From Candidatus Latescibacterota bacterium (GTDB lineage Bacteria; Latescibacterota; UBA2968; GCA-2709665), in the NCBI GenBank assembly GCA_963667175.2, contig CAXXXF010000010.1, positions 29,343-93,342 of the forward strand: a stretch of DNA of 64,000 nt. Reading direction: 5' to 3'. A program made the translations under genes and the position numbers. The notes below the pieces were generated by a model. The model was not told the origin of the DNA. It ran no database searches and saw only the letters and a list, made by a program, of their open reading frames with translations. Position 1 is the first letter of the stretch. Each line of letters starts with the position of its first letter. Below, in pieces: positions 43,231 through 53,983 of the stretch.

Positions 43231-44280
43231 TCAATCAACACCGATCGCTTTTCTGAATAGTTGCAAACGATGCATGAGACAACATTCGATCGATTCCCTC
43301 CGAATCGGGCTGATGAGTGACTTAAACTCGCTATTTAGCGTCTGTCCTGCGCGTCTTAAGAGTTGGCCGTGTCTGATGTTCGACAACACTTGGCGAAGAT
43401 CTGGATAGTTCTCGGCGATCTTTAGTATCAAATCGAAATGACTTGGATTGTATTCATCATTCCAGCCCGTCTTTGGTCGCGATTTATCGACATATCTACG
43501 GATAAAATTCGAGAGTCTATTCGGATCAGGATGCTTCACGATATATTTTAGCTTAGATTCTGGATCGTTCCAAAATAGTGCTCGTGCGCTATCGTAGATC
43601 GGAGAAAAGTAGGGCTTATGCCGCCGACGTTCATGCACGACGACACCCCAATTGTAATGATGACGGTCATGATTACCAACGATAGCGTCAAAAGCAAGCA
43701 TCCTCGTGTAGTTGGCTAGGATGAAACGTGCCTGATCCGGAAACTGCTCCCGTACAGCTTCCCGTATAAACTGAAATGTGAAGATATCTTGGGTCGCTCC
43801 ATGGCGGTCAACCTCTTCTACAAACTCATCGTCTTCCAAATATCCAGCGAAGATCTCTGCGCCATGTACGAGACTCTGGTGGGGCCTCAAGAAATACTCG
43901 CTTAAGAATCGGACCTGCCCATGTGCAGATACGAGTGACGATTCCGCCATTTGCAAGCCAAGTATCTGCCCTAACCTGGTTAGCAAGTGCTCTGTAATCG
44001 ACTCATTGGGATACCACTTATGTCCCACCTTGGCAATATATGCAGGCCATTTACGGGGCTTGGATCGGTCGGCCCTTCCATAGTGGTACGCACGTATAAA
44101 GTCCTTCGGAGCCTCGCCCGCGATAACTTGATTGGCCTCTGCGTAATAATACCCTTTTCGAAGTGGCGGCAACTCGCGATCGATGACAATCTCAAAACCC
44201 GATCTGTTGATTACTGCCTCTCGCGAAACCACCTGCTTCAATAAACCAGATTTACGTGTGGCCATTATGTCGGATAACAA
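43231..44280 (-). CDS. HipA-like Ser/Thr kinase (C-terminal domain only)
   Basis: GEAPK, IAK, TEHL, FDAIVGNHDRHHYNWG, SPIYDS. Confidence 0.85.
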   Translation of the reverse strand: MLSDIMATRKSGLLKQVVSREAVINRSGFEIVIDRELPPLRKGYYYAEANQVIAGEAPKDFIRAYHYGRADRSKPRKWPAYIAKVGHKWYPNESITEHLLTRLGQILGLQMAESSLVSAHGQVRFLSEYFLRPHQSLVHGAEIFAGYLEDDEFVEEVDRHGATQDIFTFQFIREAVREQFPDQARFILANYTRMLAFDAIVGNHDRHHYNWGVVVHERRRHKPYFSPIYDSARALFWNDPESKLKYIVKHPDPNRLSNFIRRYVDKSRPKTGWNDEYNPSHFDLILKIAENYPDLRQVLSNIRHGQLLRRAGQTLNSEFKSLISPIRRESIECCLMHRLQLFRKAIGVD

Positions 44281-44504
44281 ACTGAAACGGAATATCGCCG
44301 CAGTCGAACAGACCAGAGTCTGAGATTAAATCGCGACGGATACCACCGAGAATAATCGAGGCAGGTTCCAAACATTGGAACTTGCCGAATCTTTATCGAT
44401 CAATGTCTTTGGCTCGGAGCGGAACATACACGCCGCTCGGCCTGAGAGGCTGCGATAAACATCGCTTCAAAAACGCAAAAATCATACCGCTATTTTCCTT
44501 GAAT

Positions 44505-45362
44505 TTACATTAGATCGCGCCCAAATGCTACATTTACCGCATCTTCAATACTTGCAGAAAATCTGCCGTCGTTACCCGGAACATCCAACATCAAAAAAAG
44601 CCTGCGATATTTTTCAAAGTTTAGATTCTCGATCCGTATCGCTTGTTTTATTTTCTTGCGCATTTCAGAAATTGAAATGTCCATACTATCAATGTTCTCT
44701 ATTATTTCTGACAAGAGCCTCTCTTGTCGCCACCTCTTGGTTTTGCCTCGACAGTGTTCATTGACATACCGCACGATGCATTCCAAAAATACCTCTTCGC
44801 ATTTATAAATTCCATATCCGTCGGTGAGTTGGTGGTAGGCCCGTTCAATATCACCTGTCTGTAATAAAAGCTCATAGAACTTCGGAAAGTCGTTCTGAAT
44901 CTCACCGGCGGTGACAGTGGATTTCGGACCTATGAAAGTACAAAATGGACATGTGTCCTTTATCGATGACGATTTTCGAATGGCTTCATATCCGTGGCAA
45001 GCTGGCATTATCAACAATAGGTTGTTATTACAAGCTCGATTAATTCCCTTAAAGAGGGGGACAATCTCTGACCATCGAATAGCTTCCCCATTTGACGCTT
45101 CCAGTCCTTCACAATTTCCATGACATTCGATATGGATTATTGGTAATTTGGATTTGGTCTCACATTCCTTCCAGATTTTCCGAATCGAATGAAGGAATCC
45201 CAGTTTACCTGATACTTCGTAATAGGATGAAGCCAAGTCGTTTTGGCTGCAAAGCGGTTCTATTTTGTCAACAAAGAGTCTCTTTCCTGTACTTAGCTCA
45301 CACTCATCCAAGGACTGGACCACATAGATTGCATTGAAGTACTGTTCGTATGAAAATTCCAT
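44505..45362 (-). CDS. Putative caspase/CHAT-like cysteine protease
   Basis: Hydrophobic strand + HIECHG, then strand + PACHG ~40 aa later (His-Gly / Ala-Cys dyad pattern). Confidence 0.55.
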   Translation of the reverse strand: MEFSYEQYFNAIYVVQSLDECELSTGKRLFVDKIEPLCSQNDLASSYYEVSGKLGFLHSIRKIWKECETKSKLPIIHIECHGNCEGLEASNGEAIRWSEIVPLFKGINRACNNNLLLIMPACHGYEAIRKSSSIKDTCPFCTFIGPKSTVTAGEIQNDFPKFYELLLQTGDIERAYHQLTDGYGIYKCEEVFLECIVRYVNEHCRGKTKRWRQERLLSEIIENIDSMDISISEMRKKIKQAIRIENLNFEKYRRLFLMLDVPGNDGRFSASIEDAVNVAFGRDLM

Positions 45363-45404
45363 TCGTATCCCAAATGTTTCGCCATTGCTCTGCTTAATCA
45401 AGAT

Positions 45405-45641
45405 TTATCGCCTGTTCAACACGAGTGGATTCAAAAAATCGCCATATTGACAATGGACGTTATAGGTTGATTGATCTTTTCCACTGGAATGAATTTCGTT
45501 GGTCGTCGACGGACTTTCAGGGCTGGGAGTCTGCGTCTTCTTCGGCTCATCATCATCTACCAACTCACAAAGCTCGCTGACTCCTACGTATTGCTGAAAT
45601 TGCTTCTTTGCTTTTTCTAACAATTTCAGGTAGTTATCCAT
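45405..45641 (-). CDS. Small conserved peptide P (copy 2)
   Basis: YLKLLEKAKKQFQQYVGVSELCEL...QTPSPESPSTTNEI aligns with 34698-34895. Confidence 0.7.
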   Translation of the reverse strand: MDNYLKLLEKAKKQFQQYVGVSELCELVDDDEPKKTQTPSPESPSTTNEIHSSGKDQSTYNVHCQYGDFLNPLVLNRR

Positions 45642-45763
45642 TGCGGATTCTTTCCCAGGGCCGGTCGCGCGAAAATATGTATACGTTTGTTGCCGAAAAT
45701 ATACCTAACTTCCTGTCAGAATGCAAGTTATCCTCACTTAGCGTCGAACGTGAGTTGCCACCC

Positions 45764-48700
45764 TCACACATCCACCACCGTATCCGTATCTCCTGCCGCG
45801 AGGGCGTTCATGTAGGCCAGGATCATCTCGCGGGTGCGGTAGCGGCCGAAGGCTTTTTCGTCTTCGCGTCGGACGATTGGAAAGGTGTCGAGAATGTAGC
45901 CGGCATCCTCACGCGACAGTCCGTACAGGTGGAAATACAGTGCGTCGAGGCGGGCGCGCAGGTGGCGGCGTTCCTCTTCATCCCAGGCGAAGGGCGGGCC
46001 ATCGTAGCCGAGGTCGCGGGCGAACGCCGCCATGTCATGCGCAGTGTAGGTGAGTCGGAGTACGTGGTCCCGGACGAGGTCGCGGGCGGACACGTCGCCA
46101 AAACGAGCTTCGTAGTCACCAGGCGCGATGACGGGGAGTTGCTCGACGATGTACCAACTCAAATTTGCTCCGGGGATCTTCTGTCGGATCACATAGTCCA
46201 AGCAATAGCTGTTGAGATTCCCGATTACCAAAGGAGCGTCTGTTGCAAGAAAATCCGTTTCAGGCATCAAAATGAAGATGCTATCGCTCAGTCCGACTTT
46301 CGGTACAGCGGCTACAAGCATGGTTCGAACATCAGTAGAACGTGCAGAACGCCTGTACCCAATTGTCCAGCCAAGCCCTTTAGTAAATTTCCGGTCTACG
46401 GCAGGCTCCGGGACCCAAAAATACGTGATCGGGCAAAATCCCGCATTTTCGTGTTCGGCTGCAGTTACTGGCACGCTCAGATATGGATTTATGGTACTGT
46501 TCGGATTGAACTCTATCGAATTCGTCCGATGGTCAAATTGACTAATCATCCGACCTTGATAGAGTGGCACATACAAATCCACTCCTCTTTTCCACCTGTT
46601 GTACTCGACCCTGTAAAATCCTTCCTCGTCCAATTGGGCAGACGTCCTAAAAAGGTGTGAGTCGTTACTCATATCAAACATCCGCAAGTACTTTATGGAC
46701 CACACGCGCCTCTCTTTGCCATTTCTGCGATCCACCAACACCGGATGCCGTTCGTAGATTCGACGGGTAATTTCAGCGTCTCGACGGGTTCGGAATACAG
46801 GGGCTGTACCCGTATTCGGGTTGACTCTGGCGAAGTCCGCGGGCGTCAATGGAAAGCAGCGGTCCGAGTCGCCTATTGAATCCGAATTTTGCAGGAAGAA
46901 CGCACATTCGGTTTCATCGAATCGACGCTCCTCTCCACCGAAGATGAGCGCACAGAACTTGAAGCGCGAGTCGACGTCAGGAAAGAAAGGAGGCAAATCG
47001 GTTCCGAGTCGGCGGTTCTCAAAATCGAAGAGCCCACCCACCTGTCCACTGGTAGAAACTTCCTTGAAAAAACGGGCCGCGGTCTTGTCGGCGCAGATTC
47101 CCGACGGCGTCAGAAGGCCAATAAGACCATTTGGCTTGATCAGATTCATTGCCCGTTCGACGAACAGCGAATACAGATTAACGTCACCGCGACCTAACAA
47201 CGGGTAGTCGCCGTGGGTGCGGACCATCCGGCTTAGCCTTTCGGATCGTTCCCTGGCCTCCGTCAAATTCGTCGACGAGCGGAGAATGCTGATCTCGCAA
47301 TCGCTGGATGCCCGTTCGCCGGGCGGCCGCCGTCGGCGCCAGTGCGAGTGCGGCGTCACGAGTTGAAAACCACTCCACCTCCTGCAGCTTGATGCGGTCC
47401 CACGGCGGGTTGCCGATCACCGCGTCGAACCCGCCCTTCGGACGGCTGTTTTGCCAATCGCGCCAGACACCCGGAAAGGCCGCCTCCCAGTGCAGGAATC
47501 GTTCGCGGTCGGCGATGTTTCGCGCCTGGCGCCACAATTCGGAAAAACGCGCGAACGTAGCTGCATTGGGTTCGGACGGGTCGTAATCCATCTCCTGAGG
47601 ACCGCGGGCCAGAATCTTATAGGCCGTCGCCGCGCGCTGGGTGAGCGTCATGATCATCGGCGTCTCGAAAGCCTTGTAATCCTTCTTCCTCATTCCAGCC
47701 GTCAACCAGCGCCAACCGCAGAGGAAATCCAGCAGGCCACGGAGATCCGCGGTCGTCTCCTCGACACTCTGAAACAGCACCGCGGAATCGTGCACCTCGG
47801 ACACGTCGGTATCAGGTATTTCCTCAAGACGCTCCATTGCGATGGTCGCGGTTTCTGCGCCCTGAATTGCGCGACCGAGAAACAGGTGAGCGATCTCCTG
47901 AAGATCATTGACCGCGGTCCTCACCCGCATACCGACCAACGAGTCCCCACAGCGCAGATGATGATCGAGAAAGGACAACGGCGCGCCCACGGTGAAGCTG
48001 TGCAACCAGAGGGACACCTTGGCCAGCTCAACCGTCAACGGATTCTTGTCAACTCCGTAAATGCATCGCTTGAGCACCATACGACGGATAATGGCCTCGT
48101 CCGTGAGCTGGGATTCATCCAGCACCCAGTTCAATTCCCCGGCCCGACGGATGATTTCATCGCGAATCGTCTCCACGTGCTCCACGAGCGGCGACGCGTA
48201 TTCGCCACCGAGCCAATCAGGCGCCGCGGGCAGGGTTTCGATCAATTCAGCGACGTAGTCGGACAGGAAATCCACGGCGGTAACCAGGAAGTGGCCGCTT
48301 CCCATCGCCGGGTCCAGCACCTTCAGATTCAGGACAGCGACCGCCGGATCGACCCGTTCGAGCTGAGCCCTTCGTTCCGCCTTCGGCCTGCGGTCGCTCG
48401 TGAGTGCGTCGGACTTCGCCTCAAACGCACGTAGACGCTCGTCAACCAGCGGTTTGAGGGTGCGGTCGACGATCAGATCCACAAGTTCCTGTGGCGTATA
48501 GAAACTGCCGCTGTCCTTGCGGGCGTACGGATTCGGTCGAATGACGACCCTGCCGTCTTCGTTTCGGGCTGGCTCGCGCTCAAGCAGCCGTTCGTAGATC
48601 GAGCCGAGTTGCTGTACCGACATGTCGCGGTAGTTCACAAACCGGCGCTTTCCGTGCGAATCCCTGCCGTGGCTCAGGTCGTAGACAACGGGCGCGGTCT

Positions 48701-49823
48701 CCACGTCGGTCAAACGGACCGTTTCCAGCAACGGAGCGGCCTCCGTCGCAAACAGGCCGCCGTTATAGGGCGGCAGGCCAATGGACGGATCGCCTTTGTC
48801 GATGAGTTTGAACAGATTGGAAATGCGGTCGTAGTAGTTGGTGGCAATGGAGGAAAAGGCGTCTTCAACGGCCATCCTGTCCGCTATATCGTCGCGTACC
48901 CGCTTGCGCAGGCCGTAATCGTCGTAACGTGAATCGTTGACCGGCAGCAGGCCCCGGTCCTCCGCGTAGAGGATGAAGAGCAGGCGATAGAGCAGGATCA
49001 GCGCGGCGTCCCGGCAATCGGTCAGGGGTTCGCCCGAATGATCGGCCAGCGCTTCCACCAGAGCCGGAAACACGCGTTCAAAGACAACCCCGGAAAGATC
49101 CTGCGCGACCCTGTCCTCATAGTGACGCCCCTCGGCGAGCGCCGATTCGAGGAACGTTACTGTTGCGCCCTGCTGCGGCACGAACGAATCGTGTCGAAAC
49201 AGGAGATAGGAAGTGCGCAGACCGTCTTCTCGTTCAGGCCGGAGAAGGTCTTCGAGGTCGGCTTCGAAGTAACCGGTGGCTCGGGGCCGGGCGCGATGAT
49301 CGTAGAGACGCCAAACCCTGCCGTTGGTCAGGATACCCCATCGAATCCGACCTTCCGATTCGATATCGGCCGTCGACAGGTATCTGCGAATCTGGCCGTG
49401 CGGCGTTCCGGCGCCCCGGATCTTGTCGTCCTTGTCACGGTGGTCCAGGGACAGCCCGAAGCGCTTGCTCTCCTCCACCGCGGCGGCGTTCCGGAACCGG
49501 GCGCCCGCGTTGGTTTCCTTAGCGGCGCGTTGCTTGGCGTCGGCATCGGCGAAAAGCAGATGATCGGGAATGTCCTCATTGGCAGCCGTGCCCTGCTGGG
49601 GCAGATAGTGCGCCCACCCCAGCAATTCCAGAACCGGTCGGATCAACTCCTGCTCGGTCACCGCTTCGTTTGGATTCTCGGTTTGATAAAGCGCGTCGTA
49701 ACGCTGGCGGACGCCGTCACGGAACGTGGCAAACGCCTCCGCGTCTTCAACCGAGGACTTCCATTCGTCGGTACCCTTGACGCCGTCCGTGAGGAAGTAG
49801 TCTGTAAATAAACGGCCTGACAT
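45764..49823 (-). CDS. Type IIG/Eco57I-like fused restriction-methylase; 1-bp frameshift near 47261
   Basis: N-terminal PD..EESK and ILTNGRVWRLY; LGSIYERLLE, RKDSGSFYTP, DPAMGSGHFL, GVDKNP, GNPPW, NLYSLFVER. Confidence 0.88.
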
Positions 49824-49878
49824 AACCATACCTGTCCGCGGTCGTGTGACTCGAATTATCGCCGGGATCAACGACCCC

Positions 49879-50040
49879 TCATCGGCTCCGATCAAGGTAC
49901 TTCCGCCCGCCAGGTACTCTTTGGCCGACGTTTCGTGGCGCCCGCTTCACGTTTTCGCGAATTTCGTCGACCGATTCCGAAGATGGCCTGGCGCGTGTAC
50001 GATCGCTCTTGCGCTTTGTCCTGGTTTTCTTTGTCGTCAT
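49879..50040 (-). CDS. Small basic hypothetical protein upstream of RM gene
   Basis: MTTKKTRTKRK..., SD-like CAGGAA. Confidence 0.35.
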   Translation of the reverse strand: MTTKKTRTKRKSDRTRARPSSESVDEIRENVKRAPRNVGQRVPGGRKYLDRSR

Positions 50041-50639
50041 GGCGTTTTCCTGCGAAGAACAACATAGGTTCGTTTGAGGTCTGATGTCAGCATTTGGTTC
50101 TGATGTCAGCAATTGCGGGCAAGATGCCCGCGCTCCCAGGGAAGTGATACGGAGGCGCTGCCTGGCAGACAGGGCTTCAGTCAGGCCCACAAGGGACGCC
50201 CCTACAAGCACGATTTCGGACAGGAATGCCCAATTACTATCGCTGAAAACGGAAAAAACCTATGTTTAGCACTCCCTTATTAATATACGCCTGTTTTTCC
50301 GCAAAAACGACTGGCAAATTCGTCCCGGCGAGGCGTAATCCAAAAACGAAAAGGGTCCTTGGAGAACGATCACCCTATCTCCAGGACCCCATGAAAACTC
50401 CGGAGGACACGTGGTTCAGCCGGGAAAAATTCCGCTCACAGCCGGACGCCTGATCCCGGGTGGTCCGCCGATTCGCGACGCCGTCGTGGTCTATGGAACT
50501 CCGTTGCCCCCGCATCGGGCTTGATCCCACACGACGCCACATTTGCATAATACAGCCAAATGATCTCAAATCAAGGGTAATTTATGCCCGGGAGTTTGCG
50601 GGCCGTCACAATGCGCGTGAGGCCGAAACGATTGTCCGG

Positions 50640-50709
50640 ATGAGGTGGAACTTCCGGCGTGGTTGTGGTGGCTGAAAAGCCGGGGGGATAAGCGGTAGGA
50701 GATTACTGG
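50640..50709. repeat. ~70-bp conserved 3' element; direct copy 51226-51295, inverted partial copies 36306-36374 and 41863-41931
   Basis: ATGAGGTGGA..CTTCCGGCGTGGTTGYGGTGGCTGAAAAGCCGGRGGGATAAGCGGTAGG..TTACTGG. Confidence 0.85.
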
Positions 50710-50972
50710 ACGGCAGATTGTGTGCCATCGCGCATTACTTCAAGCAGGCCTTCAATACGTCCTACCCGGCCCGTTAAGTCTGTAATTTCGGAACGCATAC
50801 CACTTACTTCAGAACGCAATGTATCTATGTTCTGGCGTATTTGATCGTGGGCTTTTTGTGCATCGGCTTTGATTCTCTGTTCCATCCTGTCGAGACCAAA
50901 CCATCCGATGCCAACAATTGCCACTATGGTTCCCAAACTGGATAAGAGCATGCTGAAGGTTGTAGACTCCAT
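50703..50972 (-). CDS. Small protein with N-terminal TM helix and coiled coil
   Basis: Hydrophobic residues 6-27, heptads, RVGRIEGLL. Confidence 0.7.
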   Translation of the reverse strand: MESTTFSMLLSSLGTIVAIVGIGWFGLDRMEQRIKADAQKAHDQIRQNIDTLRSEVSGMRSEITDLTGRVGRIEGLLEVMRDGTQSAVQ

Positions 50973-51079
50973 AGCGCATTTTCCCGGAAAGACATCGGTT
51001 GTCTTTTAACTATCTTTTCGGGAAAATTTGGCCAAAGAGTCACAGCTTGTCAAGAGGAAAACTAAAACATCCTTCCTTA

Positions 51080-51224
51080 TCAGCCCGTTGAAATAGTCCA
51101 TCCGGTCTGCATCCGGCCCTTGTGACCGAAATACGGCGTTGCCTGCCTGCGGCAGACAGGCGCGCCTTGTCTTCGGCCACAATGACTCGGCCTCGCCTGC
51201 AGAGCGACTTTTTCTACGGACTGT
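51080..51224. mobile_element. MITE copy 2 (inverted, shorter)
   Basis: Ends CAGCCCGTTGAAA / TTTCTACGGACTG, TA on both flanks; shares both arms with 8404-8691. Confidence 0.75.
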
Positions 51225-51288
51225 TATGAGGTGGATCTTCCGGCGTGGTTGCGGTGGCTGAAAAGCCGGAGGGATAAGCGGTAGGCGT

Positions 51289-51522
51289 TTACTGGGCGTC
51301 TAATCTGGCTTCGTTTTTGGCAATACGCTCACCGAAGGAATCCAGGCGGGCGTCGATTTTCTCAAAGCGATCATTCATGTTTTCTTCAAGCTTGTCTATC
51401 CGTTTCGTGAGTCTGTCTTCGAGTCTGACATTCAGTGCCCACATCGCGCCCAACAAGAAAAACAGCAGGGTTGCCACTCTCAAATTGTCGGCACTGAAAA
51501 ATTTGCTGTCGGAAGTGTTCAT
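51289..51522 (-). CDS. Small protein with TM helix and coiled coil
   Basis: VATLLFFLLGAMW then RIDKLEENMNDRFEKIDARLD..RIAKNEARLDAQ. Confidence 0.7.
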   Translation of the reverse strand: MNTSDSKFFSADNLRVATLLFFLLGAMWALNVRLEDRLTKRIDKLEENMNDRFEKIDARLDSFGERIAKNEARLDAQ

Positions 51523-51797
51523 AGCGCACCTTACCAGTTTTATTTCAGGTTACCTTCTGAGTTAACTCCTGGAAGTTCGATGGAAAGATTACGCTAATGA
51601 TCCACCAGAGTCAAGTAGAAATCTTGCTAACTTGCCAAGTTAAAACCTCACGACAACGAAATCCTGCTTCTCCTGAATTATCCATGAATACCGGTGAATT
51701 TTTCGTATAATCGATTGATTTTCAATAACATGAGTGGAGAATATAACGAAAGCCTTGATTCGTCCAAAATCGAGTTGGCCGGTGTTATGTTGGGGTG

Positions 51798-52010
51798 TCA
51801 GGCTGACGTGCAACATCCGAAGTCACGTACAAACTCCTTCGTCTCCTCGGCAGATAGAAACTTAATCTTTCCATTCCTGTAATCCTGATAAAGTTCCGTA
51901 GCGCGACGGCGCTCCCAATCGCCTTCCCCTGCCTCCTGAACGACATCCTCAGGACGCTCACCCAAACGGACACGATCAATCATACCCATTACAAGATCGA
52001 CAACGCCCAT
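51798..52010 (-). CDS. Antitoxin X copy 3 (diverged, no toxin downstream)
   Basis: MGVVDLVMGMIDRVRLGERPEDV...RNGKIKFLSAEETKEF. Confidence 0.65.
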   Translation of the reverse strand: MGVVDLVMGMIDRVRLGERPEDVVQEAGEGDWERRRATELYQDYRNGKIKFLSAEETKEFVRDFGCCTSA

Positions 52011-52258
52011 ATTATCCTCTCCTTCTCCGATCCTTCGCCAGCTTTCCGACTGTCGTGCCCATGGCACACGCTCCCAGTCGTACGTGTTGGTACCTTTGTG
52101 GAAACGGTACACTAACGCGGCACTCGTGTCAAGTTTATCTACCTGTGTTGTCACGACGGAAATTTACAATTCTGGCTGCCCTGGCCGGAGAACTCACTCA
52201 CTTACGGACACTTACCTTGTAAGTCCGTCCTCGTCGATTCCGACAGCGAGCTCAATAG

Positions 52259-53011
52259 TCATGCCTGGCCCTGGTTCGCCTCATCGACTCTGTCTCTCGC
52301 AATCCTGACGTAGTCATTGTCTATATCGCACCCGCCAAAACGCCTTGAGAGGCTCAATGCAGCGATCGCGGTGGTCCCCGAACCGAGAAATGGATCGACC
52401 ACCAGATCGCCAGCGTTGCTGTGTTTCTCAATCAACTCTCTGAACAACGACGTGGGTTTCTGAGTTGGGTGATGCCGTCTGCCATCGTTCGGAATGGGAA
52501 ACGAGTAGATCCCGTTGTCGTATTCACTGTGAAAGGTAGGATTGCCCGTCCTGACGCCCGATACGGCAATCTCTCTGCTGTTGGTGAGGTAGTTGCGTTT
52601 GCTATTCAGCGGTACGGGGTTCTTCTTGACCCACTCGATGAAACGCAATTGTTTGAAACCGGCTCTGTTCATGCTGTCAGCCAGATAGCTCATCTTCCAG
52701 AGATCGTAAAAGATGATCGCCGTGCCACCCCGACGGAGGACGCGCAATGCCTGTTCGGCCAGAACGTCCAGGTCGATTCTGGCGTGGTCCCATGCCCCAA
52801 AATCCATGTCCACGGCGAACCGCTCGACACTCTTAGGCCCGACGTGCTTGAATCCGGTCTTGCGGCTGATCGTGTAGGGAGGGTCGGTCAGGATCAGATC
52901 GACGCTCTGATCCTCCAATTCCGACAGGAATCGGGCATAGTCCGAAGTCTCTATCGTACACGTTCCATTATCCATGGCGAACGCAGACGAGAATGAAAAA
53001 AGGCCGATCAA
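52259..53011 (-). CDS. Beta-class N4C/N6A DNA methyltransferase
   Basis: TDPPY precedes HPTQKP and DPFLGSGTT. Confidence 0.9.
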   Translation of the reverse strand: MIGLFSFSSAFAMDNGTCTIETSDYARFLSELEDQSVDLILTDPPYTISRKTGFKHVGPKSVERFAVDMDFGAWDHARIDLDVLAEQALRVLRRGGTAIIFYDLWKMSYLADSMNRAGFKQLRFIEWVKKNPVPLNSKRNYLTNSREIAVSGVRTGNPTFHSEYDNGIYSFPIPNDGRRHHPTQKPTSLFRELIEKHSNAGDLVVDPFLGSGTTAIAALSLSRRFGGCDIDNDYVRIARDRVDEANQGQA

Positions 53012-53143
53012 TATTCTGATACGGCCCGGAGCGTAGAGTTCGAATTCAATGTACGATACGTGTCGCGCTTGGCGCAGGCCTTTCGTGCAGAAATCCGAAT
53101 GGACTGGAGCTTCTTGTAATTACAGGAATGAACAACCAGCCGA

Positions 53144-53428
53144 CTATCGCCGGCGCCTGGGTCGGTTGCCACCGCCTCGGCGCTTTCCGCCGGCATCGTC
53201 GGGCGGGGGCAACCGGTGCAGCCACACGATGCGCCCGCGATTCAAATCGTACGGCGAGGTCTCGATTGTCACGCGGTCGCCAACCAGAACCCGGATATTG
53301 AACCGCCGCATCTTGCCCGACGTATAACCCAGAATCTGATGTCCGCCCTCCACTTCCACCATGTACTGACCGTCGGGAAGCGTATCCGTGACGGTTCCTT
53401 CGAGTGAGACCTTTTCCTCTTTTGCCAT
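53144..53428 (-). CDS. infA: Translation initiation factor IF-1 with basic C-terminal extension
   Basis: MAKEE, SGKMR, IRVLVGDRV, SPYDLNRGRI. Confidence 0.95.
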   Translation of the reverse strand: MAKEEKVSLEGTVTDTLPDGQYMVEVEGGHQILGYTSGKMRRFNIRVLVGDRVTIETSPYDLNRGRIVWLHRLPPPDDAGGKRRGGGNRPRRRR

Positions 53429-53500
53429 GCAACCTCCGGATTGAAGTCAGGAGACCCGCGTCAGGTGAAGGTGTCAATGTATGTCAATGAACAGCCGGTG

Positions 53501-53983
53501 TCAAGCCGCATCTCGCACAAAATTCGCTACCGTTACCAGGGCCTGCTCGGCAATCCCCTCCCGAATCCTGCTCCGGTCGCCCTCAAACGCGAAGCGTTTG
53601 CATTTAACTTCCACCGGCGTCCACAGCGCAATATACGCGGTCCCCAGCGGCTTGGGCGACCGTCCGCGAATCGGACCGGCGATGCCCGTCTCGGCCAGTC
53701 CGAGGGTAGACCCGCTCACCCTGCCCACCGCTTCGGCCATGGCCGCGGCCACTTCCCCGCTCACGGTCCCGTGGCGATCCAGCAATGATTCCGGAACGCC
53801 CAACCATTGAATCTTGCTTTTTGCGCTGTAAGCCACCACGCCGCGTTCGAACCAGGTCGAACTGCCGGGCACGCCCACGATGCGCGCGCAGATCAGCCCG
53901 CCCGCCGTCGTTTCCGCGACCGAAAGGGTCCAGCCCCGTTCCGCCAGCAGGCGGCCCAGACGCTCTTCAACAGATTCGGCCAC
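53501..53983 (-). CDS. CinA C-terminal / PncC family protein
   Basis: VAETTAGG, PGSS, GTVS, TGIAGP. Confidence 0.85.
   Translation of the reverse strand: MAESVEERLGRLLAERGWTLSVAETTAGGLICARIVGVPGSSTWFERGVVAYSAKSKIQWLGVPESLLDRHGTVSGEVAAAMAEAVGRVSGSTLGLAETGIAGPIRGRSPKPLGTAYIALWTPVEVKCKRFAFEGDRSRIREGIAEQALVTVANFVRDAA

Noticed and set aside
47250-47270. Frameshift splitting the RM gene (pseudogene or phase variation?)
   Set aside because: Single extra base without a long repeat tract. Similar 1-bp indels occur at ~42645, 60959, 63332 and 63665 in otherwise intact genes, so sequencing error is more likely; needs read check
50640-51295. CRISPR array
   Set aside because: Only two ~70-bp direct repeats about 590 bp apart; no cas genes
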